This document shows positions 50,356-60,309 of a stretch of 64,000 nt of DNA, piece by piece; the stretch's first letter is position 1; every line of letters begins with the position of its first letter. A program made the position numbers and the translations under genes. This DNA comes from a candidate division FCPU426 bacterium (GTDB taxonomy: Bacteria > Oederibacteriota > Muellerivitia > Muellerivitales > Muellerivitaceae): NCBI GenBank assembly GCA_030041545.1, contig JASHNQ010000049.1, positions 32,374 to 96,373 of the forward strand. Reading direction: 5' to 3'. The notes beneath the pieces were generated by a model, which made no database searches, was not told where the DNA came from, and saw nothing but the letters and a program-made list of their open reading frames with translations.

Positions 50356-51537
50356 TTAAGAAAAAAGCTTTTTAATGTTCCGCAAGGCTTGGCGGATGCG
50401 GTCCTTGTTCTCCACCAATGCGATTCGGACGTAACCCTCGCCTAGGCTCCCGAAACCCGATCCCGGCGAAACGCCCACCTCGGCGTCCTTCAATAGCATC
50501 ATGGAGAAATCGAGCGAGTTCATCTTGGAAAACCGTGGCGGGACCTTGGCCCAAAGATACATGGCCGCTTTAGGCTTTTCCACGGGCCAACCCATCTTGT
50601 TCAGGCCCGCGGCCATGATGTCGCGGCGTTCCTGGTAGATGGCGGCCAGCTTCCTCAAATTTTCCTCGGGACTGTCCAGCGCCGTGATGGCAGCCACCTG
50701 GATGGGGGTGAAGATGCCGTAGTCCATATAGCTCTTCAAGCGGGCCAAAGAGGCGATGACCTTCGCGTGTCCGGCCGCGAAGCCGATGCGCCATCCCGCC
50801 ATGTTATAGGATTTGGACAGGGTGAAAACCTCGATGCCCACATCCTTGGCCCCCGGCGTGGCCAGGAAGCTGGGGGATTTGTAGCCGTCGAACACAATGT
50901 CGGCATAGGCCAAGTCGTGAACCACCAGGATCTGGCTTTTCTTGGCCCAAGCCACGATCTCTTTGAAGAAAGCCTGTTCCACACTGACGGTAGTGGGATT
51001 ATGGGGGAAGTTGAGGATGACCATCTTGGGCCGGGGCTTGGCTTTGGCGTGGGCCTTAAAGAGGGCCTTGAGGAAGGCTTCCGGCCCGTCCAGGATGGGA
51101 ACGGAAACCAGCTGCCCCCCAGCGATGATCACACTGTAATGGTGAATAGGGTAAGTGGGATTGGGCACCAGCACCTTGTCGCCCCGGTTCAAGACCGCAA
51201 GACCCAAATGCCCGAGCCCCTCCTTGGACCCTATGACCGAAACCGCCTCCGTATAGGGGTTGATGGAAACGCCATATTTACGGTCATACCAGCGCGAAAC
51301 CGCCTTCAGCAGGGCCGGAATACCCTTGGACGTGGAATAACGGTGGGACTTTTTGTCCTGGACCACCTCGATGAGCTTGTCCACGATGGGCTGGGGCGTG
51401 GGGTTGTCGGGGTTGCCCATGGTGAAGTCAATGACGTCTTTTCCCTGCCGACGGGCGGCCAATTTTTCCGCGTTCAAGCGCGCGAAAAGGTAAGGGGGGA
51501 ATTTCTTGATGAGGTTGGATTCAGTTTGGATTGGCAT
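50356..51537 (-). CDS. Class I aminotransferase, AlaC/LL-DAP-aminotransferase-like
   Basis: PPYLF, MGNPD, GSKEG, NFPHNPT, SKSYNMAGWRIGF, SYMDYGIFTPIQ. Confidence 0.85.
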   Translation of the reverse strand: MPIQTESNLIKKFPPYLFARLNAEKLAARRQGKDVIDFTMGNPDNPTPQPIVDKLIEVVQDKKSHRYSTSKGIPALLKAVSRWYDRKYGVSINPYTEAVSVIGSKEGLGHLGLAVLNRGDKVLVPNPTYPIHHYSVIIAGGQLVSVPILDGPEAFLKALFKAHAKAKPRPKMVILNFPHNPTTVSVEQAFFKEIVAWAKKSQILVVHDLAYADIVFDGYKSPSFLATPGAKDVGIEVFTLSKSYNMAGWRIGFAAGHAKVIASLARLKSYMDYGIFTPIQVAAITALDSPEENLRKLAAIYQERRDIMAAGLNKMGWPVEKPKAAMYLWAKVPPRFSKMNSLDFSMMLLKDAEVGVSPGSGFGSLGEGYVRIALVENKDRIRQALRNIKKLFS

Positions 51538-51619
51538 TCAACACAGCCTTTAGCCGGTAGCGCTTAGCTGTCGGCAAAGATTTTGAATAATTCTTGAACT
51601 ACCAGCCACCCGCCATCCG

Positions 51620-52537
51620 CTAAAGGTTGACTTTGGGAATGCTCGCAAAGCGGTGGTATTCGGCGGCTCGCTTCTTGAGCTTGGCTTTGTTTAAGCCTGC
51701 GATGGTTTCGGTTCCGAAACCTTGGACCGTAAAAGAAGCCACCAAGTTACCGGCGATGACTGCCTGCTTGAGGATGTCCGGGGTCAGTTTGCCCGACCGG
51801 GCCACATGGCCGATGAAGGCTCCCGCAAAGGTATCGCCCGCACCGGTTGGGTCGATCACATAATCCAACGGCACGGCCGGAGAAAGGAAGGTCCAACCCG
51901 GGCCGAACAACATGGCGCCATGCTCCCCCTTTTTTACGATAACGGTCTTGGGGCCCATTTTCTGCAAGGCGCGGGCGCCCTTCATCAGGTGCATTTCACC
52001 GGTTAATAGCCGTATTTCCTGGTCGTTCACCACCACCAGATCGGTCTTTTTCAACACCTTCACAAGGGCCGGCTTGGTGATGTTGATCCAAAGGTCACGG
52101 GTGTCTAAAACCACAAACTTCGGCCTGATCATTTGCCTCAAAACATTCATCTGTAGGTCGGGATGGATGGCGGCCAGGAACACGAAGGGGATATGGCGCG
52201 CAAGACCCGTAACATGGGGGTCAAATCGCTCGAAAACCCCCAAGTCAATTTTAACCGTGTGAGCCACGGCCATGTCGTTCTCGTAATAGCCCTTCCAATA
52301 AAAGGTCTTCCCCTTTTCACGGATCACTAGATCAGTGTTTATTCCATGCCGTTTGAGCATGGACAGGTCCGAATCCTTAAAATCGTCCCCCACCACCCCC
52401 ACCATTTTGACAGGTACGAAAAGCGAAGCCGCCAGGCTGGAATAAGTGGCCGCGCCGCCCAAAACCCGGTCCTTGGAGCCATAGGGGGTTTTCAAGCCGT
52501 CATAGGCCACTGATCCGACGATGAGAACTTCGGACAT
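51620..52537 (-). CDS. PfkB-family carbohydrate kinase
   Basis: GSVAYD, LGGAATY, VKKGEHG, DPTGAGDTFAG. Confidence 0.9.
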   Translation of the reverse strand: MSEVLIVGSVAYDGLKTPYGSKDRVLGGAATYSSLAASLFVPVKMVGVVGDDFKDSDLSMLKRHGINTDLVIREKGKTFYWKGYYENDMAVAHTVKIDLGVFERFDPHVTGLARHIPFVFLAAIHPDLQMNVLRQMIRPKFVVLDTRDLWINITKPALVKVLKKTDLVVVNDQEIRLLTGEMHLMKGARALQKMGPKTVIVKKGEHGAMLFGPGWTFLSPAVPLDYVIDPTGAGDTFAGAFIGHVARSGKLTPDILKQAVIAGNLVASFTVQGFGTETIAGLNKAKLKKRAAEYHRFASIPKVNL

Positions 52538-52651
52538 TTCCATCTCCGTTGTTGCCGTCATTGCGAGCCAACGCACCAACCCTTTGACTTTACCCAGGGC
52601 CCCGAGGCTCTTGAAGGGTCGACGCGTTTATTCCGGAATGACGGCTAGGGC

Positions 52652-53086
52652 TTAGCTCGGATCGAATAAGGCGTATTTTCGATTGATGCAAAAAACGATG
52701 AACACTAACACCGCCAACAGGGTGTCCCCTGTCAATTTGAGGATGAGGGGATTGTCCTCGTGCTTGTTGCATTTCACCCGCAAGCCATGGGCCGTTTCGC
52801 CCACAAAATAGTAGTGTTTGGAGTGGTCATAAGTAAGGGGTTTCAGGTAACCAGCTTGAACCAGTGCATTCTCGTCAATGTCTTCAGTAACAGGCTTGGA
52901 GGGGTTGGCCGCGTTCCACAGGTCCACGGCCTTTTGGAGGGTTTGGATACGGGCATAGCAGTCCAATTCGTCCCGTGGGATCAAAACCTGGCGCAGGATA
53001 TAGACCGACATGAAGGTGAACACCCAGCAGGCCGCGTAAATTAGCAAGCCGGTCTTCCAAGTCAGTTTTTTGGGTTTGGAATCCAT
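52652..53086 (-). CDS. Hypothetical membrane protein with pilin-like soluble segment
   Basis: N-terminal TM, LQKAVDLW...LVQAGYLK and a C-terminal TM. Confidence 0.55.
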   Translation of the reverse strand: MDSKPKKLTWKTGLLIYAACWVFTFMSVYILRQVLIPRDELDCYARIQTLQKAVDLWNAANPSKPVTEDIDENALVQAGYLKPLTYDHSKHYYFVGETAHGLRVKCNKHEDNPLILKLTGDTLLAVLVFIVFCINRKYALFDPS

Positions 53087-53146
53087 TTTGCCCCCGAAAA
53101 ATTCCACAAAGTATAGCAAGGAAAACAGGGCCTAGCTGAAAAACCT

Positions 53147-54265
53147 TTAGCCCCGCCCGGTCACCAGGACCGGGCGACGGGTGGCGTAGGAGATGTTCAG
53201 CAGAATGCCTACGGCCGCATAGCTGAACATGAGGGACGAGCCTCCGTAACTGATGAAAGGAAGGGTCAGGCCCGTTACGGGCAGGAGGCCCACGGTCATC
53301 CCCACGTTGATGATGATTTGTACCGTGAACATCGACGCAATACCCAAGGCCAAGAGCGAGCTTTCCCTGTCCCGGGCCTTACGGGCGATCTCAAAGGACC
53401 GCCGGATCATGAAGAAGTAAAGCCCCAGAACGACGACACAGCCCACAAAACCCCATTCTTCCCCAACGACCGAGAAAATGAAATCCGTGTGGTGCTCGGG
53501 GATGAAGGAAAGCTGGGTTTGGGTGCCCTGCATGTAGCCTTTTCCCGAAATGCCGCCCGATCCGATGGCAATCATGGATTGGATGATGTTGTAACCCGCC
53601 CCCAGGGGGTCATCCTGGGGGTTGACAAAAACCTCCAGCCTTTCCTTTTGGTAATCCTTCAGGAAATGCCAAACGAGGGGACAGGAAGAAAGTCCAAGGA
53701 CAAAAAGCCAGGTAAGCCACTTGGCCGGAACGCCCCCGACGTACATCAGGATAATGGAAACCGGCACCAGCAAGAGCGCCGACCCCAAATCCGGTTGCTT
53801 TAAGATGAGGATCAGGGGCAGCCCCAACATGGCCATTAGGAAAAAAAGCTTGCCCAAGTAGAACAATTCCACCGTCTTGCTTCCGATATACCGCGCCAGG
53901 ACCAAGAGCACTGAAAGTTTAGCCAGTTCGGAGGGCTGGTACGAAAGGATTCCCAATTTAATCCAGCGTCTGGCGCCGTTGGTTTCGTCACCGATCACTA
54001 AAACCGCCAGAAGGGAAACAATGGAAACCCAGTAAAAGATGTAGGAAGCCTCGATCCAAAAACGGTAGTCGATTTTGGAAAAAAGCCACATTCCAAAGAA
54101 GGAGATGCAAAACCAGAACAACTGTTTTTCCCAAAGTTGCGAGATATCGCCGTTATGGGAAGTGGCGGAAAAAACCACGAAAAAGCCGATGATCGAAAGG
54201 GCCAAAACTTCCGAGGCTAAGGGCCAGTCGATGCCTTTCAAGTAGGATTTAATCGCTGCTTTCAT
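53147..54265 (-). CDS. rodA: Rod shape-determining SEDS protein
   Basis: GARRW, QPSELAK, KQPDLG, IPEHHTDFIF, LPFISYGGSS. Confidence 0.95.
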   Translation of the reverse strand: MKAAIKSYLKGIDWPLASEVLALSIIGFFVVFSATSHNGDISQLWEKQLFWFCISFFGMWLFSKIDYRFWIEASYIFYWVSIVSLLAVLVIGDETNGARRWIKLGILSYQPSELAKLSVLLVLARYIGSKTVELFYLGKLFFLMAMLGLPLILILKQPDLGSALLLVPVSIILMYVGGVPAKWLTWLFVLGLSSCPLVWHFLKDYQKERLEVFVNPQDDPLGAGYNIIQSMIAIGSGGISGKGYMQGTQTQLSFIPEHHTDFIFSVVGEEWGFVGCVVVLGLYFFMIRRSFEIARKARDRESSLLALGIASMFTVQIIINVGMTVGLLPVTGLTLPFISYGGSSLMFSYAAVGILLNISYATRRPVLVTGRG

Positions 54266-54326
54266 CGTTTGGCTTTCTTTACGATATTCAAACTCCGAAC
54301 TGCCGACTGAGAACTGCCAACTAACG

Positions 54327-56222
54327 TTAAGGTGCCACTCCCCTCACCGGGGCGGGTGTTGGAACAGGCGTACCGGAAGGCGTCTCCGAGGACGGCGCGC
54401 CGGGGGTCGCGCCGGGCGAGGGTGTCTCCCAGGGGGTGACTTCCTGGCCGAGTTCCGCTTCCATCAATCTTTTGGCGATTGGCGCGGCTACGAATCCGCC
54501 CTCCCCGCCGTTTTCCACCAACACCAGAACCGCCACTTTGGGATCCTCCGCCGGCGCATAGGCCATAAACCAGCCGTCGGTATCCCCATTGGGATTCTCG
54601 GCGCTTCCGGTTTTTCCGGCCACACGGGCACCTTTGATCCGGGCGTTTTTTCCCGTTCCGAAAGGGGAACTGATCACTTTTTCCAGCGTGGCCTTGAGAA
54701 AAGCCAGGTCTTTGGGCACCAGATCGACTTCCCGCAAAAGTTCAGGCGGGTCCTCAAAAACGGTCCTCCCCGTATTCCGGTCCACGACACGGTAAAGGAG
54801 GTGGGGCGTGAATATCTTCCCATCCATGGCCAAACCGCTGATCACATCCAGCATTTGGATGGGGGTGGTCAAAACATAGCCTTGTCCGATGCTCATGTGG
54901 ATCGTGTCGCCGGGGAACCAGGGCATGTGCTGGGTGCTTTCCTTCCAGCGGGGGTTGGGAACCAGACCCGATGCCTCGCCGCTTAAGTCGATCTGGGTCC
55001 GGCTGCCCAGGCCGAACTTCCGGGCCATCCGGTAAATCTGGTCCACCTTTACTAAAAGCCCCACCTGGTAGAAGAAAATATCGCAAGATTCGATGATGGC
55101 CCTTTCAAGGTTGACCCAGCCGTGTCCCGTCGTCTTCGCCCAGCAGCGGTAAGGCCATGTTTTGTACCAGAAAATCCCGGTGCACAAGAAAACCTTGTTC
55201 AAATCAATCACATTATCCTCCAAAGCCGCTAAGGTCGTGATGACCTTGAAGATGGATCCAGGAGGATACTGGACCTGAATGGCGCGATTTTCCAGGGGAT
55301 GGTCTTTGTCCTTGATCAAATCGTTCCAATCCTTGTAGGAGATGCCGCTCACGAAATCGTTGGGGTCGAAATTGGGCTTGCTGACCATGGCCAGCACTTC
55401 CCCGTTTTGCGGGTTGGTGACGATGATGGAACCAATCTGGCTGCCCATCAAATCCTCAGCCATTTGTTGGAGTTTCCAGTCGATAGTCAGTTTAAGCGTT
55501 TGCCCCTGAGCGGGCTCGCGGTGAGCCAGGGTACGCCGCTGGACGCCTGAAGCATCCACTTCCACTTCCACCCCCCCATTCTCACCCCGCAGAATTTGGT
55601 CGTAGGTTTTTTCCACCCCCTTTTTCCCGACCAAATCCCCTTCCTGATAGCCGTTGTCCTTCAATCGTTCCAGCTCGTCCTCGTCGATTTCCCCAATATA
55701 ACCCAGGATGTGGGAAGCCAGTTCGCCGTGGGGGTAATAGCGCTCCGGTTCCATCTGAATGTAGACGCCCGGTAAATGAACCCGGTTCTCCTCGATTTTG
55801 GCGATCAAATCTGGGTCCAGGTGCGATTGAAGGCGAACGGGTTCGAACCTCCGTCGCTGGCGCCGGCTTTCGACCAAACTTTCCAGGGAAGAAAGGGGCT
55901 CCTCCAAAATTTGGCTCAAGCGAACCAGGGAGGAACTGTAATCTTTCACGTCCGCCGGAACCAGGAACAGGGAGTAAGTGGGAACATTCGTGGCCAAGAC
56001 TTCGTTGTTGCGGTCGGTGATAATGCCCCGGGGGGCCCTTTGGGGGATCAATCGCAGGCTGTTGGTGTCCGAAAGGTTCCGGTAAAGGGGATAATTGAGG
56101 ATTTGGAGGTAAAAGAGCTTGATAAAAATGCCTACGAAAGCCAACGCAACCGCAGTGAAAAGGAAGCTCATCTTTTTTTCAGGGGAGCCGCCGAATTTGC
56201 CGCGGGGAAACTTGAAAGCCAA
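54327..56222 (-). CDS. mrdA: Penicillin-binding protein 2
   Basis: RGIITDRN, PPGSIFK (SxxK), SCD, KTG. Confidence 0.93.
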   Translation of the reverse strand: MAFKFPRGKFGGSPEKKMSFLFTAVALAFVGIFIKLFYLQILNYPLYRNLSDTNSLRLIPQRAPRGIITDRNNEVLATNVPTYSLFLVPADVKDYSSSLVRLSQILEEPLSSLESLVESRRQRRRFEPVRLQSHLDPDLIAKIEENRVHLPGVYIQMEPERYYPHGELASHILGYIGEIDEDELERLKDNGYQEGDLVGKKGVEKTYDQILRGENGGVEVEVDASGVQRRTLAHREPAQGQTLKLTIDWKLQQMAEDLMGSQIGSIIVTNPQNGEVLAMVSKPNFDPNDFVSGISYKDWNDLIKDKDHPLENRAIQVQYPPGSIFKVITTLAALEDNVIDLNKVFLCTGIFWYKTWPYRCWAKTTGHGWVNLERAIIESCDIFFYQVGLLVKVDQIYRMARKFGLGSRTQIDLSGEASGLVPNPRWKESTQHMPWFPGDTIHMSIGQGYVLTTPIQMLDVISGLAMDGKIFTPHLLYRVVDRNTGRTVFEDPPELLREVDLVPKDLAFLKATLEKVISSPFGTGKNARIKGARVAGKTGSAENPNGDTDGWFMAYAPAEDPKVAVLVLVENGGEGGFVAAPIAKRLMEAELGQEVTPWETPSPGATPGAPSSETPSGTPVPTPAPVRGVAP

Positions 56223-56279
56223 CTGAACGCTCCTTCAAACCAGTCGCAAATTTTAAATTCTAAATTGTGACCTTGTCTT

Positions 56280-56771
56280 TCAGGCGGTTGCTGGATCAAA
56301 CCGCCGCTTGCGGAACCTTACCACGAAGAAACAAACAACCGAAGCGGCTAAGGTGGTCGTCAGGAGAGACCGCCAAACAATCCCCCACGCATCGCCTGCC
56401 GGCGGGGCCGAACCGTCCCACTTCAGCAACATCCAAATAAACAATTGGTGGAAAAGGGTGCCTCCAAATACCAGAAGCGTCTGCGCTAAAACCCTTTCGT
56501 GGTAAATATGCCTCTTTAAGAAGCTAGCCATGATTCCCGTCACGGTCTTGGAGATGGTATTGGGCCCAATCCAACTGGAGGAAAGGAGGTCCTGAAGAAG
56601 GCCCGCCAAAAAACCCCATCCGGCAGCCTTGGGCACATCGGTCCTTAAACCCACCAACAGGGTGAAAACAAGTGGCAAATCCACGCCCCAGGCCGCCACG
56701 CCCGGCAGTTGCTGGACAAATAGAAGGGCCAACAACCACCAGAATTGCCTCGGAATCAGCATTTGAAACAC
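56280..56771 (-). CDS. mreD: Rod shape-determining protein MreD
   Basis: Hydrophobic, GFLAGLLQDLL; positioned between mreC and mrdA. Confidence 0.82.
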   Translation of the reverse strand: MFQMLIPRQFWWLLALLFVQQLPGVAAWGVDLPLVFTLLVGLRTDVPKAAGWGFLAGLLQDLLSSSWIGPNTISKTVTGIMASFLKRHIYHERVLAQTLLVFGGTLFHQLFIWMLLKWDGSAPPAGDAWGIVWRSLLTTTLAASVVCFFVVRFRKRRFDPATA

Positions 56772-56838
56772 CTTATCAAACTAAATTCTAGGTTATGGTT
56801 AGAAGCTCGAAGTTAAAATTCCTAACTACTCTTTGTCG

Positions 56839-57669
56839 TTATTGGTACACATCCACCGGCGGCAGGATAAAAATGTAATCCAACGCCGCGAAGTCCACCG
56901 AGGGCGCCACTTGGATTTCGGTATTTAAGCCGTTTTCGGATTCGGTCTTCTTCACCACGGTCCCAATGGCGTATCCTTTGGGAAAAATCCCGCCCATGCC
57001 CGAGGAAACCAAGACGTCGTCCTTTTGGATGTCCTCGTTCGGGTTGACATAGGCGTAGCGGAGTTGGTTTCGCCCCGTGCCCTCGACGATGCCGGTCACA
57101 TTGGACCGCCGATCGATGCCAGCCACGCTGGAACCGCTGTCCGTTAATAAAAGCACCCTTGAGTTTTTCGGGGTGACTTCCAAAACCCTGCCCACCAATC
57201 CCTGCTCGGAAATGACCGGCGAGTCCGCCTGCACGCCGTCGTCCGACCCCAAGTCCACGACAAAGCTGCTGTCCCAGGTGCTGGGGTCGTGCGCGATGAT
57301 TCGGGCGATCTTGGCGGTATGGGGCAGGCGCGCCTTGATCTGCAAAACCTCCTGGAGCCGGGATAATTCGGACTCCAGCGATTTATGGTTGGCCAATTCG
57401 AGCCGCAGGGACTGGTTTTCCAACTGCAGCCGTTCCACCTCCTGGTGCAGGGTTCTCAATTCGCGCAGGGCGTTCAGGGTGTTCTCAGGGAAGGTGATCA
57501 ACCAGGCAATGGACTTTTGAACCGGAAGCCAAACCGAAAGGGAAAATTCCTTCAACACGGCCCCGGACTCGGTGTGATGATTATTGCGCTGAACCAAGAG
57601 CCAAATGCATAACAGGAGGAGGGCGACCAGGAAAAACCTGGAAAGGTTTTTGAGGAAAAATTTCAGCAT
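56839..57669 (-). CDS. mreC: Rod shape-determining protein MreC
   Basis: TM and coiled coil, GLVGRV, SSGMGGIFPKG. Confidence 0.92.
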   Translation of the reverse strand: MLKFFLKNLSRFFLVALLLLCIWLLVQRNNHHTESGAVLKEFSLSVWLPVQKSIAWLITFPENTLNALRELRTLHQEVERLQLENQSLRLELANHKSLESELSRLQEVLQIKARLPHTAKIARIIAHDPSTWDSSFVVDLGSDDGVQADSPVISEQGLVGRVLEVTPKNSRVLLLTDSGSSVAGIDRRSNVTGIVEGTGRNQLRYAYVNPNEDIQKDDVLVSSGMGGIFPKGYAIGTVVKKTESENGLNTEIQVAPSVDFAALDYIFILPPVDVYQ

Positions 57670-57735
57670 GAAGTTCCGGTGATGCAGGCATCAGGTTTTA
57701 GCTGAACCCTGACACCTGGAACCTGGCACCTGCCT

Positions 57736-58776
57736 TTACACGTATTCTTTCTCAAGGACGGAAATACGCTTGAGGAAATCCATGGAGCGGTCCAGCAAAT
57801 GCCCCGCGCCCATGGCGACCGCCGTGGTGGGATCGTCCGCCAGGTTCACCGGTACGCCCGTTTCGTCCCGGAGGCGCTCGTCCAGGTTCTTCAGGAGGGA
57901 GGACCCGCCGGCCAGGATGATGCCCCGGTCCACGATGTCCGCCGCCAGCTCGGGCGGAGTGCGTTCCAGCGTCATCTTGATGGTTTCAATGATGGGAACC
58001 AGGGGTTCCTCCAAGGCGCCGCGCACTTCCTCGCTGGTCAGCTCGATGGTTTTTGGCAGTCCGGTCACCAGGTCGCGCCCCTTGATCTGCATGCGCAACT
58101 CCTGCTCCAAGGGGAAGGCCGACCCGATCTGGATCTTGATGTCCTCCGCGGTCCTTTCTCCTACCAGGATATTGTAGGTGCGCTTGATGTAATTGATGAT
58201 GGCCTCGTCCAGTTCGTCCCCCGCGACCCGTATGGATTTGCCGTAAACAATATCACCCAGCGAAATCACCGCCACTTCGGTCGTTCCGCCGCCGATATCC
58301 ACGATCATGTTGCCCTGGGGCTCGGCGATGGGCATTCCCGCGCCGATGGCCGCCGCCATGGGCTCCTCCACGAGGTAGACTTCCCGGGCGCCCGCCTGCT
58401 CGGCCGAATCGCGTACCGCGCGCTTTTCCACCTCGGTGCACCCCGAGGGGATGGCCACTACGATGCGGGGGCGGATAAGGGAACGCCGGTTATGGACTTT
58501 AGAAATGAAATACCGCAGCATTCGCTCGGTCACCTCGAAATCGGCGATCACACCGTCCTTCATGGGGCGGATGGAAACGATCGACCCCGGTGTCCTTCCC
58601 AACATTAATTTGGCGTCATTACCCACAGCCAGTATTTGGTTGGTGCTCTTGTGCACCACTACCAAGGAAGGTTCCTGAAGGACGATGCCACGGCCCTTCA
58701 CGTAAACCAGCGTCGTAGCCGTGCCTAGGTCGATGGCCACGTCGCTCGAAAACAAACCCAAAAGGAAGTTTAACAA
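57736..58776 (-). CDS. mreB: Rod shape-determining protein MreB
   Basis: [42 protein letters not shown]. Confidence 0.96.
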   Translation of the reverse strand: MLNFLLGLFSSDVAIDLGTATTLVYVKGRGIVLQEPSLVVVHKSTNQILAVGNDAKLMLGRTPGSIVSIRPMKDGVIADFEVTERMLRYFISKVHNRRSLIRPRIVVAIPSGCTEVEKRAVRDSAEQAGAREVYLVEEPMAAAIGAGMPIAEPQGNMIVDIGGGTTEVAVISLGDIVYGKSIRVAGDELDEAIINYIKRTYNILVGERTAEDIKIQIGSAFPLEQELRMQIKGRDLVTGLPKTIELTSEEVRGALEEPLVPIIETIKMTLERTPPELAADIVDRGIILAGGSSLLKNLDERLRDETGVPVNLADDPTTAVAMGAGHLLDRSMDFLKRISVLEKEYV

Positions 58777-59069
58777 TCCCAGCTCCTTTGGCGGGCCCAG
58801 ACGGACCCACGCTTAAAATGAAGTCGACGCAATTGGGGCGATTCCGCGACCCCGTCATCCTTAATTTTTGCAGGGCAAAAAAAGAACCCCAGTTGAAAAA
58901 CCGGGGGGTTATGGAAAACGCGGAAAGCCTTCAAATCAGGGGATGTAGTGTAACACAGAGATTTGGGGAGTCCAATGCTTTTCCAGGGTCCGGCAGCTCC
59001 ACGGACATTCCGGGCAGGATAAATTCATCAAGAGAAGGGTTTTTCGTGGGGGAAAAGGTTTGATAGCCG

Positions 59070-59537
59070 CTATTTCTTTTCCGTGCCCGTAGGCATGGGT
59101 TTGGAATCGCCGATCCTGGATTTTTCCTTCAGGATTCGCTCGAAGAGCTTTAAGTATTCCTTCTTCAGGTCGGCCGTGCTGAAGTTGCGATATTCGTTTT
59201 CGTTGTACTTTTCGCCCAAGTATTCCTTGCTTTGGCGGATAAAAGTCAAAACAGCCCCGATATTCTCGTCCGCCCCGGTTTCAGAGGGAGTCTCGATAAC
59301 GACTCGCTGGAGGATGCCTTCCCGGTAGCGGGTGATTTGGTCTTCGGATGGGTTGACGATGCCCGTAATCTTGCCTGAGAAACTCTCGATGAAGAAAAGG
59401 ACTTCCACTTCCTTTCCGTATAATTCCGAAACCGGTGTTGCCGCCGATGATTTGGGTTTGCCCTGCAAATCAGCCCCGCACTCCCTGCAGAACTTGCTTT
59501 GAGGGTCGTTTTTAGTGCCACATTGGGCGCATTTCAT
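59070..59537 (-). CDS. Zinc-ribbon domain protein
   Basis: MKCAQCG...FCRECG; GGAG RBS. Confidence 0.7.
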   Translation of the reverse strand: MKCAQCGTKNDPQSKFCRECGADLQGKPKSSAATPVSELYGKEVEVLFFIESFSGKITGIVNPSEDQITRYREGILQRVVIETPSETGADENIGAVLTFIRQSKEYLGEKYNENEYRNFSTADLKKEYLKLFERILKEKSRIGDSKPMPTGTEKK

Positions 59538-59894
59538 GACTGTTTGTCTCCACTGGAGAAGAAATGGGGGTCACTATACCACGGCATTTTCACGTTGCAA
59601 GAGCTTTTACCCTAAAATTTCACGTTTTCCCATTTTAATATTCTAACGGTCTTTTGCCAAATTCCTAAAGTTATTTTCGCAAGGCTGAAATCATTTTCAG
59701 CAGTTCACATGTTAAGAAACCGTAAATAGCATGTGGATCCTTGTACAGCTTTCCAAAGGCGCTGATACCTCAACCGATGGCAAGAAAAAGTTGGATTGCA
59801 CATTTTCGAAGTCTTGGTTTCAAGAATGGAAAATCTAAAAAAATTTTTAACTTTTTGATTGAATGCACAAATAATCTGATATAAGTTTGTGCCC

Positions 59895-60068
59895 ATGTTT
59901 CATCCTCAACGCCAATTAATGGTTGATGCGTCGGGGCAGGCGGCCGTCGAGTACCTGCTGACATTGACGGTGGTTTTTCTAGCTTTTACCGGCGTGTCGG
60001 TTTTGTTTTCGAACCAGGTTAACCATTATCTCTCCCTGCTGTTCAAAATGATCACACTGCCGTTTTAA
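59895..60068 (+). CDS. Flp/TadE-like small prepilin, 57 aa (not in ORF track)
   Basis: MFHPQRQLMVDASG/QAAVEYLLTLTVVFLAFTGVSVLF... carries a class III signal with Glu at +5. Confidence 0.7.
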   Translation: MFHPQRQLMVDASGQAAVEYLLTLTVVFLAFTGVSVLFSNQVNHYLSLLFKMITLPF

Positions 60069-60094
60069 TTTGATTTGTTGAAAGGAGAAGTCCA

Positions 60095-60298
60095 ATGAGA
60101 AAGTTAAGTCAAAAAGGCCAGGGAATGACCGAGTACATCTTGATCGTGGCCTTGATTGCCGTGGCAGTCATTGGAGCCATGAAATTTTTTGGTTCCAAAG
60201 CCAAGGAAGGTTTCCATACTGCCGGGGATGATCTATCTAAAGCTGTTCAATCCGGGGACAAAAGCAGCTCCGATCAAAACGGCACCCAGATTAGATAG
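60095..60298 (+). CDS. flp: Flp family type IVb pilin
   Basis: KG/QGMTEYILIVALIAVAVIG; AAGGAG RBS. Confidence 0.88.
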   Translation: MRKLSQKGQGMTEYILIVALIAVAVIGAMKFFGSKAKEGFHTAGDDLSKAVQSGDKSSSDQNGTQIR

Positions 60299-60309
60299 CC
60301 AGCTTTAAA

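Noticed and set aside
407-58608. Long plus-strand ORFs antisense to real genes (e.g. 407-1537, 2513-3736, 10641-12488, 47778-48968)
   Set aside because: Shadow ORFs expected from GC-rich codon bias; they overlap well-supported minus-strand genes and have no motifs.
59560-59890. c-di-GMP riboswitch or sigma54 promoter upstream of the Tad locus
   Set aside because: No GEMM consensus and no correctly spaced GG-N10-GC motif were found.
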